From Verrucomicrobiota bacterium (lineage in GTDB: Bacteria; Verrucomicrobiota; Verrucomicrobiia; Opitutales; LL51), in contig CP095464.1 of assembly GCA_021294815.2 (NCBI GenBank), positions 630,001-662,000 on the forward strand: a stretch of 32,000 bases of DNA, in the 5' to 3' direction. The translations under genes and the position numbers were made by a program. Below the pieces are notes generated by a model. The model saw nothing but the letters and a program-made list of their open reading frames with translations. It made no database searches and was not told the origin of the DNA. Of this stretch, positions 17,791-26,800 are shown piece after piece. Every line of letters begins with the position of its first letter. Within the stretch, counting starts at the first letter, position 1.

Positions 17791-18774
17791 ATGAAGCTTC
17801 CTTTTGTTAATTTTTTCGGAGTTTTTCTGCTTGTGTTGCTACTGGGTGGGGTTGCGTGTACATATCAGGTGGTCAAGGTCGTTAAGCCGATGATTGCGCC
17901 GAAGGAAGTGGTGTGGAAAGTTGGCGGTATCGACTACATATCGGCGACACAGCTGACAAAGCGTCTCGGTGCCAAAGTGGCAGCGTCGAAGGGCCAGGCC
18001 AAAAGTGTTACGGTAACGAAGGGGGGTGCTACGGTCCAAATGACGGCGGAGAAGGATCACCTTACGTATCAATCGACGCATATTTTCCTACAATATCCGC
18101 TCAAATATCAAGGATCGGAGGTCTTAGTCAGTGAAGACGATGTACAAAATGTCCTCACGCCACTGCTGGCGCCAAGCCTTATTCCTAAAAAAATTGCGAT
18201 TCCTCAAACGATTGTTATCGATCCCGGACACGGCGGTAAAGATCCCGGTGCGACCAATAACCGTTTGCAACTCCAAGAGAAAAATTTAGTGCTGGCGATT
18301 GCTCTGCAACTGAAAACAGAGCTTATTCGGCGACAGTACATCGTGAAAATGACTCGCGAGAAGGATGAATTCAAGGAACTCGAAGATCGGCCGCGAGTAA
18401 CGGGTGATGTGTTTATTAGCTTGCATCTGAATTCTTCGGGGACTCCGAACCAATCGCTTGGAACTGAGGTCCATGTTTTAACACGGAATCAAGGGAGCCC
18501 TGGAAATACATTTAACCGTTGGAATACGATTTTAGGGTATCTTGTTGTTTCTCGGTTAGTCGGTGTTGCGCAGTTCCGTAACCGTGGGCTCAAAATGAGC
18601 AATTTAGCGGTTTTGCGAAATTCAACGAGCCCAGCGATCTTAATCGAACTCGGCTTCATTAATCACGATATAGAGGCGAAAAAACTTGCCGATCAGGCTT
18701 TCCAGAAAAAGCTCGTTGGCGGGATTGCAAATGCGCTCGATGAACTTAAGAAAGTTGTTATCGGATGCCGATGA
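17791..18774 (+). CDS. N-acetylmuramoyl-L-alanine amidase (Amidase_3 family)
   Basis: 327 aa. N-terminal hydrophobic anchor/signal. Catalytic domain IVIDPGHGGKDPGA...EKNLVLAIALQL...DRPRV...DVFISLHLNS...GTEVHVL...LRNSTSPAILIELGFINH, typical of AmiA/B/C-type amidases. Confidence 0.88.
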   Translation: MKLPFVNFFGVFLLVLLLGGVACTYQVVKVVKPMIAPKEVVWKVGGIDYISATQLTKRLGAKVAASKGQAKSVTVTKGGATVQMTAEKDHLTYQSTHIFLQYPLKYQGSEVLVSEDDVQNVLTPLLAPSLIPKKIAIPQTIVIDPGHGGKDPGATNNRLQLQEKNLVLAIALQLKTELIRRQYIVKMTREKDEFKELEDRPRVTGDVFISLHLNSSGTPNQSLGTEVHVLTRNQGSPGNTFNRWNTILGYLVVSRLVGVAQFRNRGLKMSNLAVLRNSTSPAILIELGFINHDIEAKKLADQAFQKKLVGGIANALDELKKVVIGCR

Positions 18775-20740
18775 AACACCTACGTTGCTCGAATCTCTCC
18801 AGTATGTAGCCGATAGCGAACGTGGATTGGCGATGGATATGGTGGCCCGGGCGGGTTCTGGCCATCTTGGCCTGGCTCTCGGATGTGCGGAAATTGGGGC
18901 CGCGCTGTTTGGTTACTTGTTGCAGCTGGATCCCTCGCAGCCACGTTGGGTTAACCGCGATCGCTTTGTATTATCGGCAGGCCACGGGAGTGCTTGGCTT
19001 TACAGCTGGCTCTATTTGTTGGGTTTTAAGATTCCCTCGCTGGAAACCTTCCGACAGGAAGGTGGTCTACCGGGGCATCCAGAATTCGGGGTCATACCAG
19101 GCGTGGAGTGCACTACGGGACCGCTTGGACAAGGAGTTGGTAACGCTGTTGGTCTAGCAGTTGCGGAAAAAATGCAACAGGCGAGGGTCCCTGGGATCGA
19201 GAGAATATTGGATTATCACGTTGTATGTCTGTGTGGTGATGGTTGTCTGCAGGAAGGAGTTTCCCATGAGGCCTGTGCGTTTGCTGGCCATACGCAGCTC
19301 GATAACTTTATTTTGATCTATGATGCCAATGCGGTAACCCTCGACGGATCGCTCGGTCGTTCCCAATCCGAAGACACCGCAAGGCGCTTCGAAGCGTACG
19401 GATTTTTCGTCCAAACAGTCGATGGTCATGATCTAAACCAGTTCATTCAGGCGTATGAATGCGCTAAAGCCGCAACAAAGCCCAGCCTTATTATTGCGAA
19501 AACAGTTATCGGAAAAGGCCTTCCCGAGATCGAGGGGACATCTAAGGCCCATGGCGAAGCAGGGGTAAAGTACCGCGATGAATTCAAGAAAGCTTTGGGG
19601 TTGCCGCCACAGGAATTTTGTGTGGATGAACGGACGCGATTGTTTTTTGCACGGCGGCAACAGCAGTTACAAAAACAAGCGCAACAATGGCAGGAAAATT
19701 ACCAGAAGAGGGTCCAAAGTCATCCTCAAACGCGCCTAACAGAAGCGATTTTTCAAAAAAAGGAAAAAGTCCAGTATTCGATCGATGCGACGGAATTCGA
19801 TTCGCAGCACTCGATGGCGACGCGCACAGCGGGTGGTGTTATTTTAAATCAATGTGCGCAACAAGAGAAATGTCTCATTACGGGAAGTGCCGATGTTGTG
19901 AGTTCGGCCAAAAATCAGATCACGAAAGGAGGAGTTTTTTCGAAAGAAAATTATGCTGGCCGCAATATCGCTTTTGGTGTCCGCGAGCATGCCATGGGTG
20001 CCATTATGAATGGGATTGCGTATGACGGTGTTTTTCGTGTGAACGGTTCGAGTTTTTTGGCCTTTGCGGATTATCTGCGGCCGGCGATCCGTGTCGCGGC
20101 GATGGCCAAGCTTCCAGTGACTTATATTTTTACGCACGATTCCGTGGCGGTCGGTCAAGATGGTCCGACACACCAACCCGTAGAAATTTTATCGTCCTTG
20201 CGAGCAATCCCGAATCTCGATGTTGTTCGTCCCGGTGATGCCGGCGAGTGCATCGGTGCCTATGAGTATGCATTGAACAGGATGGACGGTCCCGTAGCGC
20301 TGATTTTGTCGCGTCAGGAGCTGCCGATTTTACCAGACATTGAGGCACGTGCGCGAAGCGTCGTCCGCGGAGCCTACATTATCAAGCCGGAAACGGAAGC
20401 ATTACAACTCATCATTATTGCAACAGGTAGTGAATTGTCATTGGCGTTAGAGGCGGCGGAAAGTTTTCCCTCAGTTCGCGTTGTTTCGATGCCGAGTATG
20501 GAAATTTTCGAACGACAGCCATCGTCTTATAAAGAGCAAGTTCTTCCTAATTCTTGTCGTAACCGCCTCATTGTTGAAGCGGGCGTTACCATGCCGTGGT
20601 ACCGATATGTCAGGGATGGCACAATCCTATCGGTTGAATCGTTTGGTTTTAGCGCTCCCGGGAAAGAAGTACTCGAGGCCTTTGGGTTTTCCAGAGAAAA
20701 CGTTACTCAAAGAATCCGTCAGCGACTCGGTCAAGCGTGA
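18731..20740 (+). CDS. tkt: transketolase
   Basis: GSGHLGLALGCAEIGAALF, FVLSAGHGS, the TPP motif CLCGDGCLQEGVSHEACAFAGHTQLDNFILIYDANAVTLDG, and FGVREHAMGAIMNG...THDSVAVGQDGPTHQPVE. Start is uncertain (ATG 18731 or 18740, both overlapping the amidase 3' end; the track's 18686 looks too early). Confidence 0.93.
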   Translation: MRSMNLRKLLSDADETPTLLESLQYVADSERGLAMDMVARAGSGHLGLALGCAEIGAALFGYLLQLDPSQPRWVNRDRFVLSAGHGSAWLYSWLYLLGFKIPSLETFRQEGGLPGHPEFGVIPGVECTTGPLGQGVGNAVGLAVAEKMQQARVPGIERILDYHVVCLCGDGCLQEGVSHEACAFAGHTQLDNFILIYDANAVTLDGSLGRSQSEDTARRFEAYGFFVQTVDGHDLNQFIQAYECAKAATKPSLIIAKTVIGKGLPEIEGTSKAHGEAGVKYRDEFKKALGLPPQEFCVDERTRLFFARRQQQLQKQAQQWQENYQKRVQSHPQTRLTEAIFQKKEKVQYSIDATEFDSQHSMATRTAGGVILNQCAQQEKCLITGSADVVSSAKNQITKGGVFSKENYAGRNIAFGVREHAMGAIMNGIAYDGVFRVNGSSFLAFADYLRPAIRVAAMAKLPVTYIFTHDSVAVGQDGPTHQPVEILSSLRAIPNLDVVRPGDAGECIGAYEYALNRMDGPVALILSRQELPILPDIEARARSVVRGAYIIKPETEALQLIIIATGSELSLALEAAESFPSVRVVSMPSMEIFERQPSSYKEQVLPNSCRNRLIVEAGVTMPWYRYVRDGTILSVESFGFSAPGKEVLEAFGFSRENVTQRIRQRLGQA

Positions 20741-21926
20741 TGACGTTTTCGATGTGACGTGTCTGAGGAAAGAGATCAAATGGCTGTACGCGCTGGACCT
20801 GATAGTGATGCGCAAGGAGTATTTTGAGATCACGTGCCTGGGTGTCCGGTGCGCAGGAAACGTAGACAATTCGTTGGGGAGCATATTCGAGAAGCTGCTC
20901 GAGAAAAATCGTATCACAACCCTTTCGGGGCGGATCAATAATGACAGCGGTCGTTTGAGAAGTAAAGGGTGTGTTATGAAAAATTTGTTCTGCGGAGTTT
21001 GCGATAAAGTGGACATTATCGGCGTGGTTGAGTGCGGCATTTTCTTCGGCAAGTGCGATGGCACGAGCGTTAATTTCGACCCCAAGTACATTTTGAAAAA
21101 GCACATGGCCACAAATTCCAAAAACACCGACCCCGCAATAAGCATCGATCAGCGAATCAATTCCCTTCCCAGCCGCCTCATGCGTGATGTAGTTTACGAA
21201 TTGCGGCAAAATATAAGGGTTGTTTTGGAAAAATTCGCCAGCATAGACGCGAAATGATTTATCGCCGATCATTTGGGTGACAACGGTTTGCGGATCTATC
21301 ATAACACCCTCGGGCGTATCCCGTAATAAAAGGGTGCCACCGCGTTTATGAGTCCGAGCCCGTATTTCGGAACGGAGCGTTAAGAGCCGTTGATTAATGT
21401 GTTCTGTCGCAATTGGGCATTGAGGTACATCAACTAATGCCAACCGGCTGCCAACTTTTAAAAAACCAATTTTCGATACCGATTTGTCGTAATGCGGCGT
21501 TAGCTTTGAGCGATAATGATAAGTGTGCGGTGTACAGCAGATAGGTTCTACCGGGCATTCGATGCCTGCCAGTCGTTGGAGGAGCTCCGTAATATGCTGA
21601 CGCTTGAGTTGGCGCTGTGTTTCATCCTTGAGATGCTGATACTGGCAACCGCCACAAAGACCAAAAAGCGGACATCGTGGTTCGACTCGGTCAGGTGATG
21701 GCTCGAGTACCTCTAAAAGATCCGCCTCAGAGTAGTTACAGTGGTTGCGAAAAATACGACAACGCACACGTTCTCCAATTGCGACATTCGGGACCATAAT
21801 AACCCAACCTTCGTGGCGCCCAACACCGAGCCCGAGATTCGTGATATTGTCGATCGTAATTTCGAGTTCCGTGTGGTAAGCAAAAGGCGTATTGTTTGGA
21901 GTTTTCATGCTCAGCATGGCGGCCAT
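20703..21926 (-). CDS. TRAM-domain RNA (uracil-5-)-methyltransferase (RlmD/RumA/TrmA family)
   Basis: 407 aa. N-terminal TRAM-like segment (ITIDNITNLGLGVGRHEGWVIMVPNVAIGERV). Fe-S cysteines CPLFGLCGGCQYQH. SAM-fold motifs DAYCGVGVFG and IIDPPRKG, with catalytic-Cys motif VYVSCAP. The 3' end overlaps the tkt 3' end by 38 nt. Confidence 0.85.
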   Translation of the reverse strand: MAAMLSMKTPNNTPFAYHTELEITIDNITNLGLGVGRHEGWVIMVPNVAIGERVRCRIFRNHCNYSEADLLEVLEPSPDRVEPRCPLFGLCGGCQYQHLKDETQRQLKRQHITELLQRLAGIECPVEPICCTPHTYHYRSKLTPHYDKSVSKIGFLKVGSRLALVDVPQCPIATEHINQRLLTLRSEIRARTHKRGGTLLLRDTPEGVMIDPQTVVTQMIGDKSFRVYAGEFFQNNPYILPQFVNYITHEAAGKGIDSLIDAYCGVGVFGICGHVLFQNVLGVEINARAIALAEENAALNHADNVHFIANSAEQIFHNTPFTSQTTAVIIDPPRKGCDTIFLEQLLEYAPQRIVYVSCAPDTQARDLKILLAHHYQVQRVQPFDLFPQTRHIENVITLDRVADGFFE

Positions 21927-22255
21927 TGCATCGGCTTCCCGGCAATAAGGTGAATATGGAGGTGGGGTACCGATTCAAGCGCATCTTTGCCATTGTTGAT
22001 CACAATTCGGAAGCCATTTTTAATGCCCTCGCGCTTTGCAAAGTTTTTCGCACATAATAACAAATGTCCTAAAATCGTAGCGTCTTCCGTAGATGCTTCT
22101 TCAACGCGTGGAATCAATTTTTTAGGAATAACCAATACGTGAACGGGAGCGACCGGGTGAATATCTTTAATGATAATACATTGTTCATCTTCAAAGAGAA
22201 TCTCCGCTGGGAGCTCGCGATCGATGATTTTCTGAAAAATCGTCTTTGAAACCAT
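21911..22255 (-). CDS. HIT-family (HinT-like) nucleotide hydrolase
   Basis: MVSKTIFQKIIDRELPAEILFEDEQCIIIKDIHPVAPVHVLVIPKK... plus the histidine triad HLHIHLI. The ATG at 22255 matches homologue N-termini better than the track's 22303. Overlaps the methyltransferase start by 16 nt. Confidence 0.88.
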   Translation of the reverse strand: MVSKTIFQKIIDRELPAEILFEDEQCIIIKDIHPVAPVHVLVIPKKLIPRVEEASTEDATILGHLLLCAKNFAKREGIKNGFRIVINNGKDALESVPHLHIHLIAGKPMQWPPC

Positions 22256-22364
22256 CGCTAGGGACGTACTGGAAATGAGGTACAGAGCAACTCTTTTTAT
22301 CATGACGACGCGGAAGAAGTTTTTTGCTTTTCTTTTTCGCGAGAGTGCTAGTGTCCTCGAAGTA

Positions 22365-23294
22365 ATGAAGGCTTTTGGGCAAGCGGTATTGTGTTTTGCG
22401 GGTTTTATGGTGGGCGCCTGGGTATCCGCTGAGGAGAGCGATGTTGTTTATTTCAATAATATCGAGGCGGAGGTCGAGGGAACGGTAGTTACTTTCCAAG
22501 AAGTGGAAATGGAAGCGGCGATGCTTGAGCCGCAGTTCCGAGGCGATGAAGCACGTAAGAAGGCTTTGAATTCACATATGGAACGCGAAGTTATCGTCCG
22601 AGAATTCGAGCGCAACAAGGGGCGGCTCCCGGATAATTACGTCCAAAAAAAGTACGACGAAATTTTAAAGACGAAGTTTGGTGATGACCGTACGAGACTA
22701 GCTTCCGCACTGTATGCTCGGGGAATGACAAAGCGCGATTATGAAGAGGAGATCCGTAAAGATGCGATCGAGGGATATATGTTTAGCCATAATGTTATGC
22801 TTCCAAGTATGGTAAGCCCCCGCGAGATTCAGGATTACTATGATGCCCATGTTAGCGAAATGGTCGACGGGGAGCGCGCAACCTTTGATCAAGTCGTCGT
22901 TACCGATGAGAACCGTCTTTCATTAGAAGCCGTCGTTGCTAATGTCGCTCAAGGGAAGGCATCAGATCCGAAAGCTCTCTACGAAGAGACATGTGCGAAG
23001 TTACGCGAAACTCCGGAGGTGGTGCTCAATACGATGGAATCAGTGTCGCTATCCGATATTCAGCCTGAAATCGCGGAGTGTGTCAAGTCGATGGACCTCA
23101 ATACCTTTCAGCGCGTCGAGGTCGGTGAGCACGCTCTATGGATTGGCCTCCGGTCACGCGAACCATCACGGTCACTGCCAATTGATGAAGTCAGTGATGA
23201 CATTAAAAATATTTTAATCGGGCAACAATCAGAGAAGCTTAAGAAGCACTGGATCGAGGGTTTAATGGCGAAGGCTTATCACGTCGTGCGATAG
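22365..23294 (+). CDS. SurA/PrsA-like periplasmic chaperone (parvulin-like region degenerate)
   Basis: A start at ATG 22365 gives signal peptide MKAFGQAVLCFAGFMVGAWVSA. A SurA_N-like segment follows (IEAEVEGTVVTFQEVEMEA...), and the later layout VSPREIQDYYDAHVSE...DIQPEIAECVKSMDLNTFQRVEVGEHALWIGLRSRE...LPIDEVSDDIKNILI follows the SurA/PpiD/PrsA pattern. The track's 22275 start would run back to within ~20 nt of the divergent HIT gene's likely start at 22255, leaving almost no promoter region. Confidence 0.6.
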   Translation: MKAFGQAVLCFAGFMVGAWVSAEESDVVYFNNIEAEVEGTVVTFQEVEMEAAMLEPQFRGDEARKKALNSHMEREVIVREFERNKGRLPDNYVQKKYDEILKTKFGDDRTRLASALYARGMTKRDYEEEIRKDAIEGYMFSHNVMLPSMVSPREIQDYYDAHVSEMVDGERATFDQVVVTDENRLSLEAVVANVAQGKASDPKALYEETCAKLRETPEVVLNTMESVSLSDIQPEIAECVKSMDLNTFQRVEVGEHALWIGLRSREPSRSLPIDEVSDDIKNILIGQQSEKLKKHWIEGLMAKAYHVVR

Positions 23295-23295
23295 A

Positions 23296-24213
23296 ATGTG
23301 GACTTTTGTTCTTAGGCGCGTTCTATTTTCGATCCCTATTTTTATCGCGGTTACGTTTCTGACGTTTTCGCTCATTCACGCGATTCCCGGGGGACCTTTC
23401 GATAGTGAGCGCGAGATGGCACCAGTAATCCGTCAGCGACTCGAGGAAAAATACGGCCTGGATCGTCCACTCTGGGAGCAGTATGGGAAGTACATGCAGC
23501 AGCTGGCACACGGTGATTTCGGGCCCTCGTACAAGTACACCGATTGGAGTGTCGCGGAGCTCATGCAATCGAAGGTTAAGGTCAGCTTCGAGCTCGGAGC
23601 GTACGGTATGCTCTTTGCGTTGTTTTTCGGTATCTTAGGAGGAATCCTGGGGGTACATTTCGAAGGGCGTTGGCCGGATCAATGGATCCGATTTTTGACG
23701 ACGTTTGGCCTCTGTTTACCGGCGTTCATCATTGGTCCTTTGCTGATTTATTTGTTTGGTATTAAACTTCGGTGGTTTGATGTTGCCGGTTGGGAGACAT
23801 GGCCACAAAAGATTCTCCCGATGATCACCGTTGGCCTCTCTTACGCCGCTTATATCGCGCAATTAGCGCGCCATGGGCTTGGTGAAGCAATGCATCAGTC
23901 GTACATTTTAGCAGCCCGGGCGCGAGGAATTCCCGAATCACGGATCCTTTGGGTCCATGCGTTGCGCAATGGCTTATTGCCTGTTGTAGCCTATCTCGGT
24001 TCGGCATTTTCAGGAATTATTAGCGGTGCCATCATTACGGAAACGGTTTTCCAAATCCCGGGTCTCGGCCGTCTCTTTATTCAGGCGATCACGAATCGTG
24101 ATGGGATGCTGATTCTGGGGATCGTTAATTTTTGCGCACTGGCGGTTATTGTGTGCAATACCGTTAGTGATTGTCTGCAGGCCTGGCTTAATCCAAAAAT
24201 TCGCCTCAAGTAA
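23296..24213 (+). CDS. ABC transporter permease, OppB/DppB (peptide/nickel) type
   Basis: 305 aa. N-terminus MWTFVLRRVLFSIPIFIAVTFLTFSLIHAIPGGP is typical of OppB/DppB. The EAA-loop region is YILAARARGIPESRILWVHALRNGLLPVV. Six hydrophobic helices. Confidence 0.85.
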   Translation: MWTFVLRRVLFSIPIFIAVTFLTFSLIHAIPGGPFDSEREMAPVIRQRLEEKYGLDRPLWEQYGKYMQQLAHGDFGPSYKYTDWSVAELMQSKVKVSFELGAYGMLFALFFGILGGILGVHFEGRWPDQWIRFLTTFGLCLPAFIIGPLLIYLFGIKLRWFDVAGWETWPQKILPMITVGLSYAAYIAQLARHGLGEAMHQSYILAARARGIPESRILWVHALRNGLLPVVAYLGSAFSGIISGAIITETVFQIPGLGRLFIQAITNRDGMLILGIVNFCALAVIVCNTVSDCLQAWLNPKIRLK

Positions 24214-24259
24214 GACCGTTTTCGCTTGTCGATAGGCGCGAAATTGCTATGTCGCTGGA

Positions 24260-26749
24260 ATGCGTTTATTGCGTCAAATTTCCGGACGGGCATTGTTGTC
24301 GATCGCGATGCTGCTGTGGGCGATTTTAAGTTTAATCCCTTGGAATGATCAGCCGTTTGATGACTTTATTGCACATCGTGCGACGGCGAACGTCGATGAA
24401 TTTCAGGGCCTCTTGTCTCGTGCCCGGCTTCGCATTCTTGAAAGCCAGGATTTAGAGCACCCAAAGTCTCTTTTTGTCGCCATCAAGGAGCTTGCGAAGG
24501 AAGATGAACTCGACCTTTCAGAGGCTTTCTTTCCAGATATCCACCTGCAAGATATTAAGAACATTGGTAAGAAAAATAAAATCCTGATGGATGTGCTCCT
24601 ACGTGAGTCCAAGGGGCGATTACGTCAGGGACTTGACCTCAAAGGTGGTATTTCATTTACATTAAAGGTTGCTTCGGTGCCAAATTTAAGTGCTCATGAC
24701 CGGGAAGGGCGGCTAGAGCAGGCGATGCAAATTATGCGTCAGCGCTTGGATGGCATGGGAGTCGTAGAGCCGCTGATCCGTGCTCGTGGTGAAGACGAAG
24801 TCGAAATCCAATTGCCTGGGATTTCGGCACAGGATAATCCGGAAATTATCGATGCCGTCAAACGTCCTGCAAAGCTCGAGTTCCGCCTCGTTGCCGACCA
24901 GCGTCCACAAAACCTCGATTTACGTTCCGTGCCCTTGGGGTATGAGCTGCTCTTCTTGGAAGAGGAGAGGTCCGAAGACGGTACGGTCGAAAAGATCCCA
25001 ATGTATGTCAAAAAGATCCCGGAGATGACCGGAAAATCAGTCGAACGGGCATTCGCGACGATGAATCAGTACGGCGGGTTTGAAATTAGCCTGGAAATGA
25101 AAGGCGAGGGAGCGAAACGCTTTGGTGAAGTAACGGCTAATAACGTGGGCAAATCGCTGGGCATCGTCCTTGACGGGAAACTCTACTCGGCACCGCGGAT
25201 TAATTGCGCCATTCGGGAGGGCCGTGCCAGCATCTCCGGTCACTTCTCGCAGCGTGATGCTATCGAGCTCGCGAACGTCCTCAATAACCCGCTGGAGTTC
25301 GAACTCGAACTAACTGAGGTCCAGGAAATTGGCCCATCACTTGCCGAAGACGCCAAGGTGAGCTCTATTCATGCAACGATTTTGGGGATCGCTCTCGTCG
25401 TTTTGTTTATGGTCGCTTACTATCGGACATCGGGTGTCGTAGCGGTCTTTTCCGTGTTGTCTAACGTGCTCATCGTTCTCGGAATGATGGCGACCATTGG
25501 GGCGACGATGACCTTACCTGGAGTGGCGGCATTGGTGCTTACCGTCGGAATGGGCGTCGATTCCAATATTTTGATCTTTGAGCGCATGCGAGAAGAGCTC
25601 GCACTGGGGAAAAAGATGGGTGCTGCATTGATTGGTGGCTATAATAAAGCGTTTTCGACGATCTTTGACGCCAATATTACGACGTTTCTCTCAGCGTTGA
25701 TTTTGATTTGGATGGGAACAGGTCCCGTTCGGGGATTTGGAGTCATTCTTGCAATTGGGATCTTTGCGACGATGTTTTGTGCCCTTGTTCTCAGTCGCGC
25801 GCTGATGGTAATCCTCATTAACCTAGGTTATGAAAACCTCCTCCAGAAACGTGAGGGTAAGACACGTACATTTGATTTCCTAAAAATTCGAAATGTAGCC
25901 TTTGGGATTTCAGCGAGTGTGCTGTTGCTCGGTCTTGTAGCCTTTTTCGTTCGGGGTAATGGGATCTATGGCATTGACTTCACGGGAGGTGATGAATTGA
26001 CGCTCCATTACGCCGAGCGCCTCAATACGAACGAAATCGAGCGTATCGCTAAGGAAAACCATCTGGGCGAAGTCAGTACCATTTATCAAAAAAGTCTAAC
26101 CGATGGGGGTGAGGTATTGAGAATACAGACTAAAGAAAATGCCGCTCAACCACTTTTACGGCAATTGCAAACAGCACATCCCGAGGCACAATTAAAAGTC
26201 ATTAAGGAAGTTAAAATTGGCTCCTCAATGAGCAATAGAATTAAATGGAATGCGTTGGGCGCTGTGACGATTTCGCTTCTGATGATTCTCGCGTATATCG
26301 CCCTTCGTTTCGAGTTGGGCTTTGGTATCGGGGCCCTCGTCTCGACGATCCATGACGTCTTCATTACGCTTGGTATCTATATTTTGTTGGGACGGCAGTT
26401 TTCCGCACCTATGGTCGCCGCGATCTTGATGATCATTGGGTATTCGATTAACGATACGATTGTCGTTTTTGACCGTATTCGAGAGGAATTGCACTACCAA
26501 CCAACGCTTTCATTGGCTGAAATTGTCAACTACGCGATTAATTGCACACTTTCTCGGACGATTTTGACGAGTGTGACGACGCTCCTGGCCGCAGTGTCGC
26601 TCTACTGTTTTGGTGCCGGTGTCATTAACGACCTCGCGTTGATCTTTATTATTGGTATCGTCGTCGGTACCTTTTCATCAGTCTTTATCGCGTCGCCGAT
26701 TTTCTACCTCTGGCATAGGGGCGATCGCCGGACAGTCGAGATCAAGTAG
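24260..26749 (+). CDS. secDF: protein translocase subunit SecDF (fused SecD-SecF)
   Basis: 829 aa. SecD part: LDLKGGISFTL, LGIVLDGKLYSAPRI, TLPGVAALVLTVGMGVDSNILIFERMREE. SecF part: GIDFTGG, IHDVFITLGIYILLGRQFSAPMVAAILMIIGYSINDTIVVFDRIRE. Single ORF as in fused SecDF proteins such as that of B. subtilis. Confidence 0.95.
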   Translation: MRLLRQISGRALLSIAMLLWAILSLIPWNDQPFDDFIAHRATANVDEFQGLLSRARLRILESQDLEHPKSLFVAIKELAKEDELDLSEAFFPDIHLQDIKNIGKKNKILMDVLLRESKGRLRQGLDLKGGISFTLKVASVPNLSAHDREGRLEQAMQIMRQRLDGMGVVEPLIRARGEDEVEIQLPGISAQDNPEIIDAVKRPAKLEFRLVADQRPQNLDLRSVPLGYELLFLEEERSEDGTVEKIPMYVKKIPEMTGKSVERAFATMNQYGGFEISLEMKGEGAKRFGEVTANNVGKSLGIVLDGKLYSAPRINCAIREGRASISGHFSQRDAIELANVLNNPLEFELELTEVQEIGPSLAEDAKVSSIHATILGIALVVLFMVAYYRTSGVVAVFSVLSNVLIVLGMMATIGATMTLPGVAALVLTVGMGVDSNILIFERMREELALGKKMGAALIGGYNKAFSTIFDANITTFLSALILIWMGTGPVRGFGVILAIGIFATMFCALVLSRALMVILINLGYENLLQKREGKTRTFDFLKIRNVAFGISASVLLLGLVAFFVRGNGIYGIDFTGGDELTLHYAERLNTNEIERIAKENHLGEVSTIYQKSLTDGGEVLRIQTKENAAQPLLRQLQTAHPEAQLKVIKEVKIGSSMSNRIKWNALGAVTISLLMILAYIALRFELGFGIGALVSTIHDVFITLGIYILLGRQFSAPMVAAILMIIGYSINDTIVVFDRIREELHYQPTLSLAEIVNYAINCTLSRTILTSVTTLLAAVSLYCFGAGVINDLALIFIIGIVVGTFSSVFIASPIFYLWHRGDRRTVEIK

Positions 26750-26800
26750 AAATGGACTTGCACTGAGGTGGTTTTCTCCAGACTGCGGAGTGGAGGTCGG

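Noticed and set aside
20481-21257. 258-aa + strand ORF and 172-aa - strand ORF (20627..21145) overlapping the tkt end and the RNA methyltransferase gene
   Set aside because: Both are shadow frames of the methyltransferase gene, whose own frame carries the TRAM, Fe-S and SAM motifs. No independent support.
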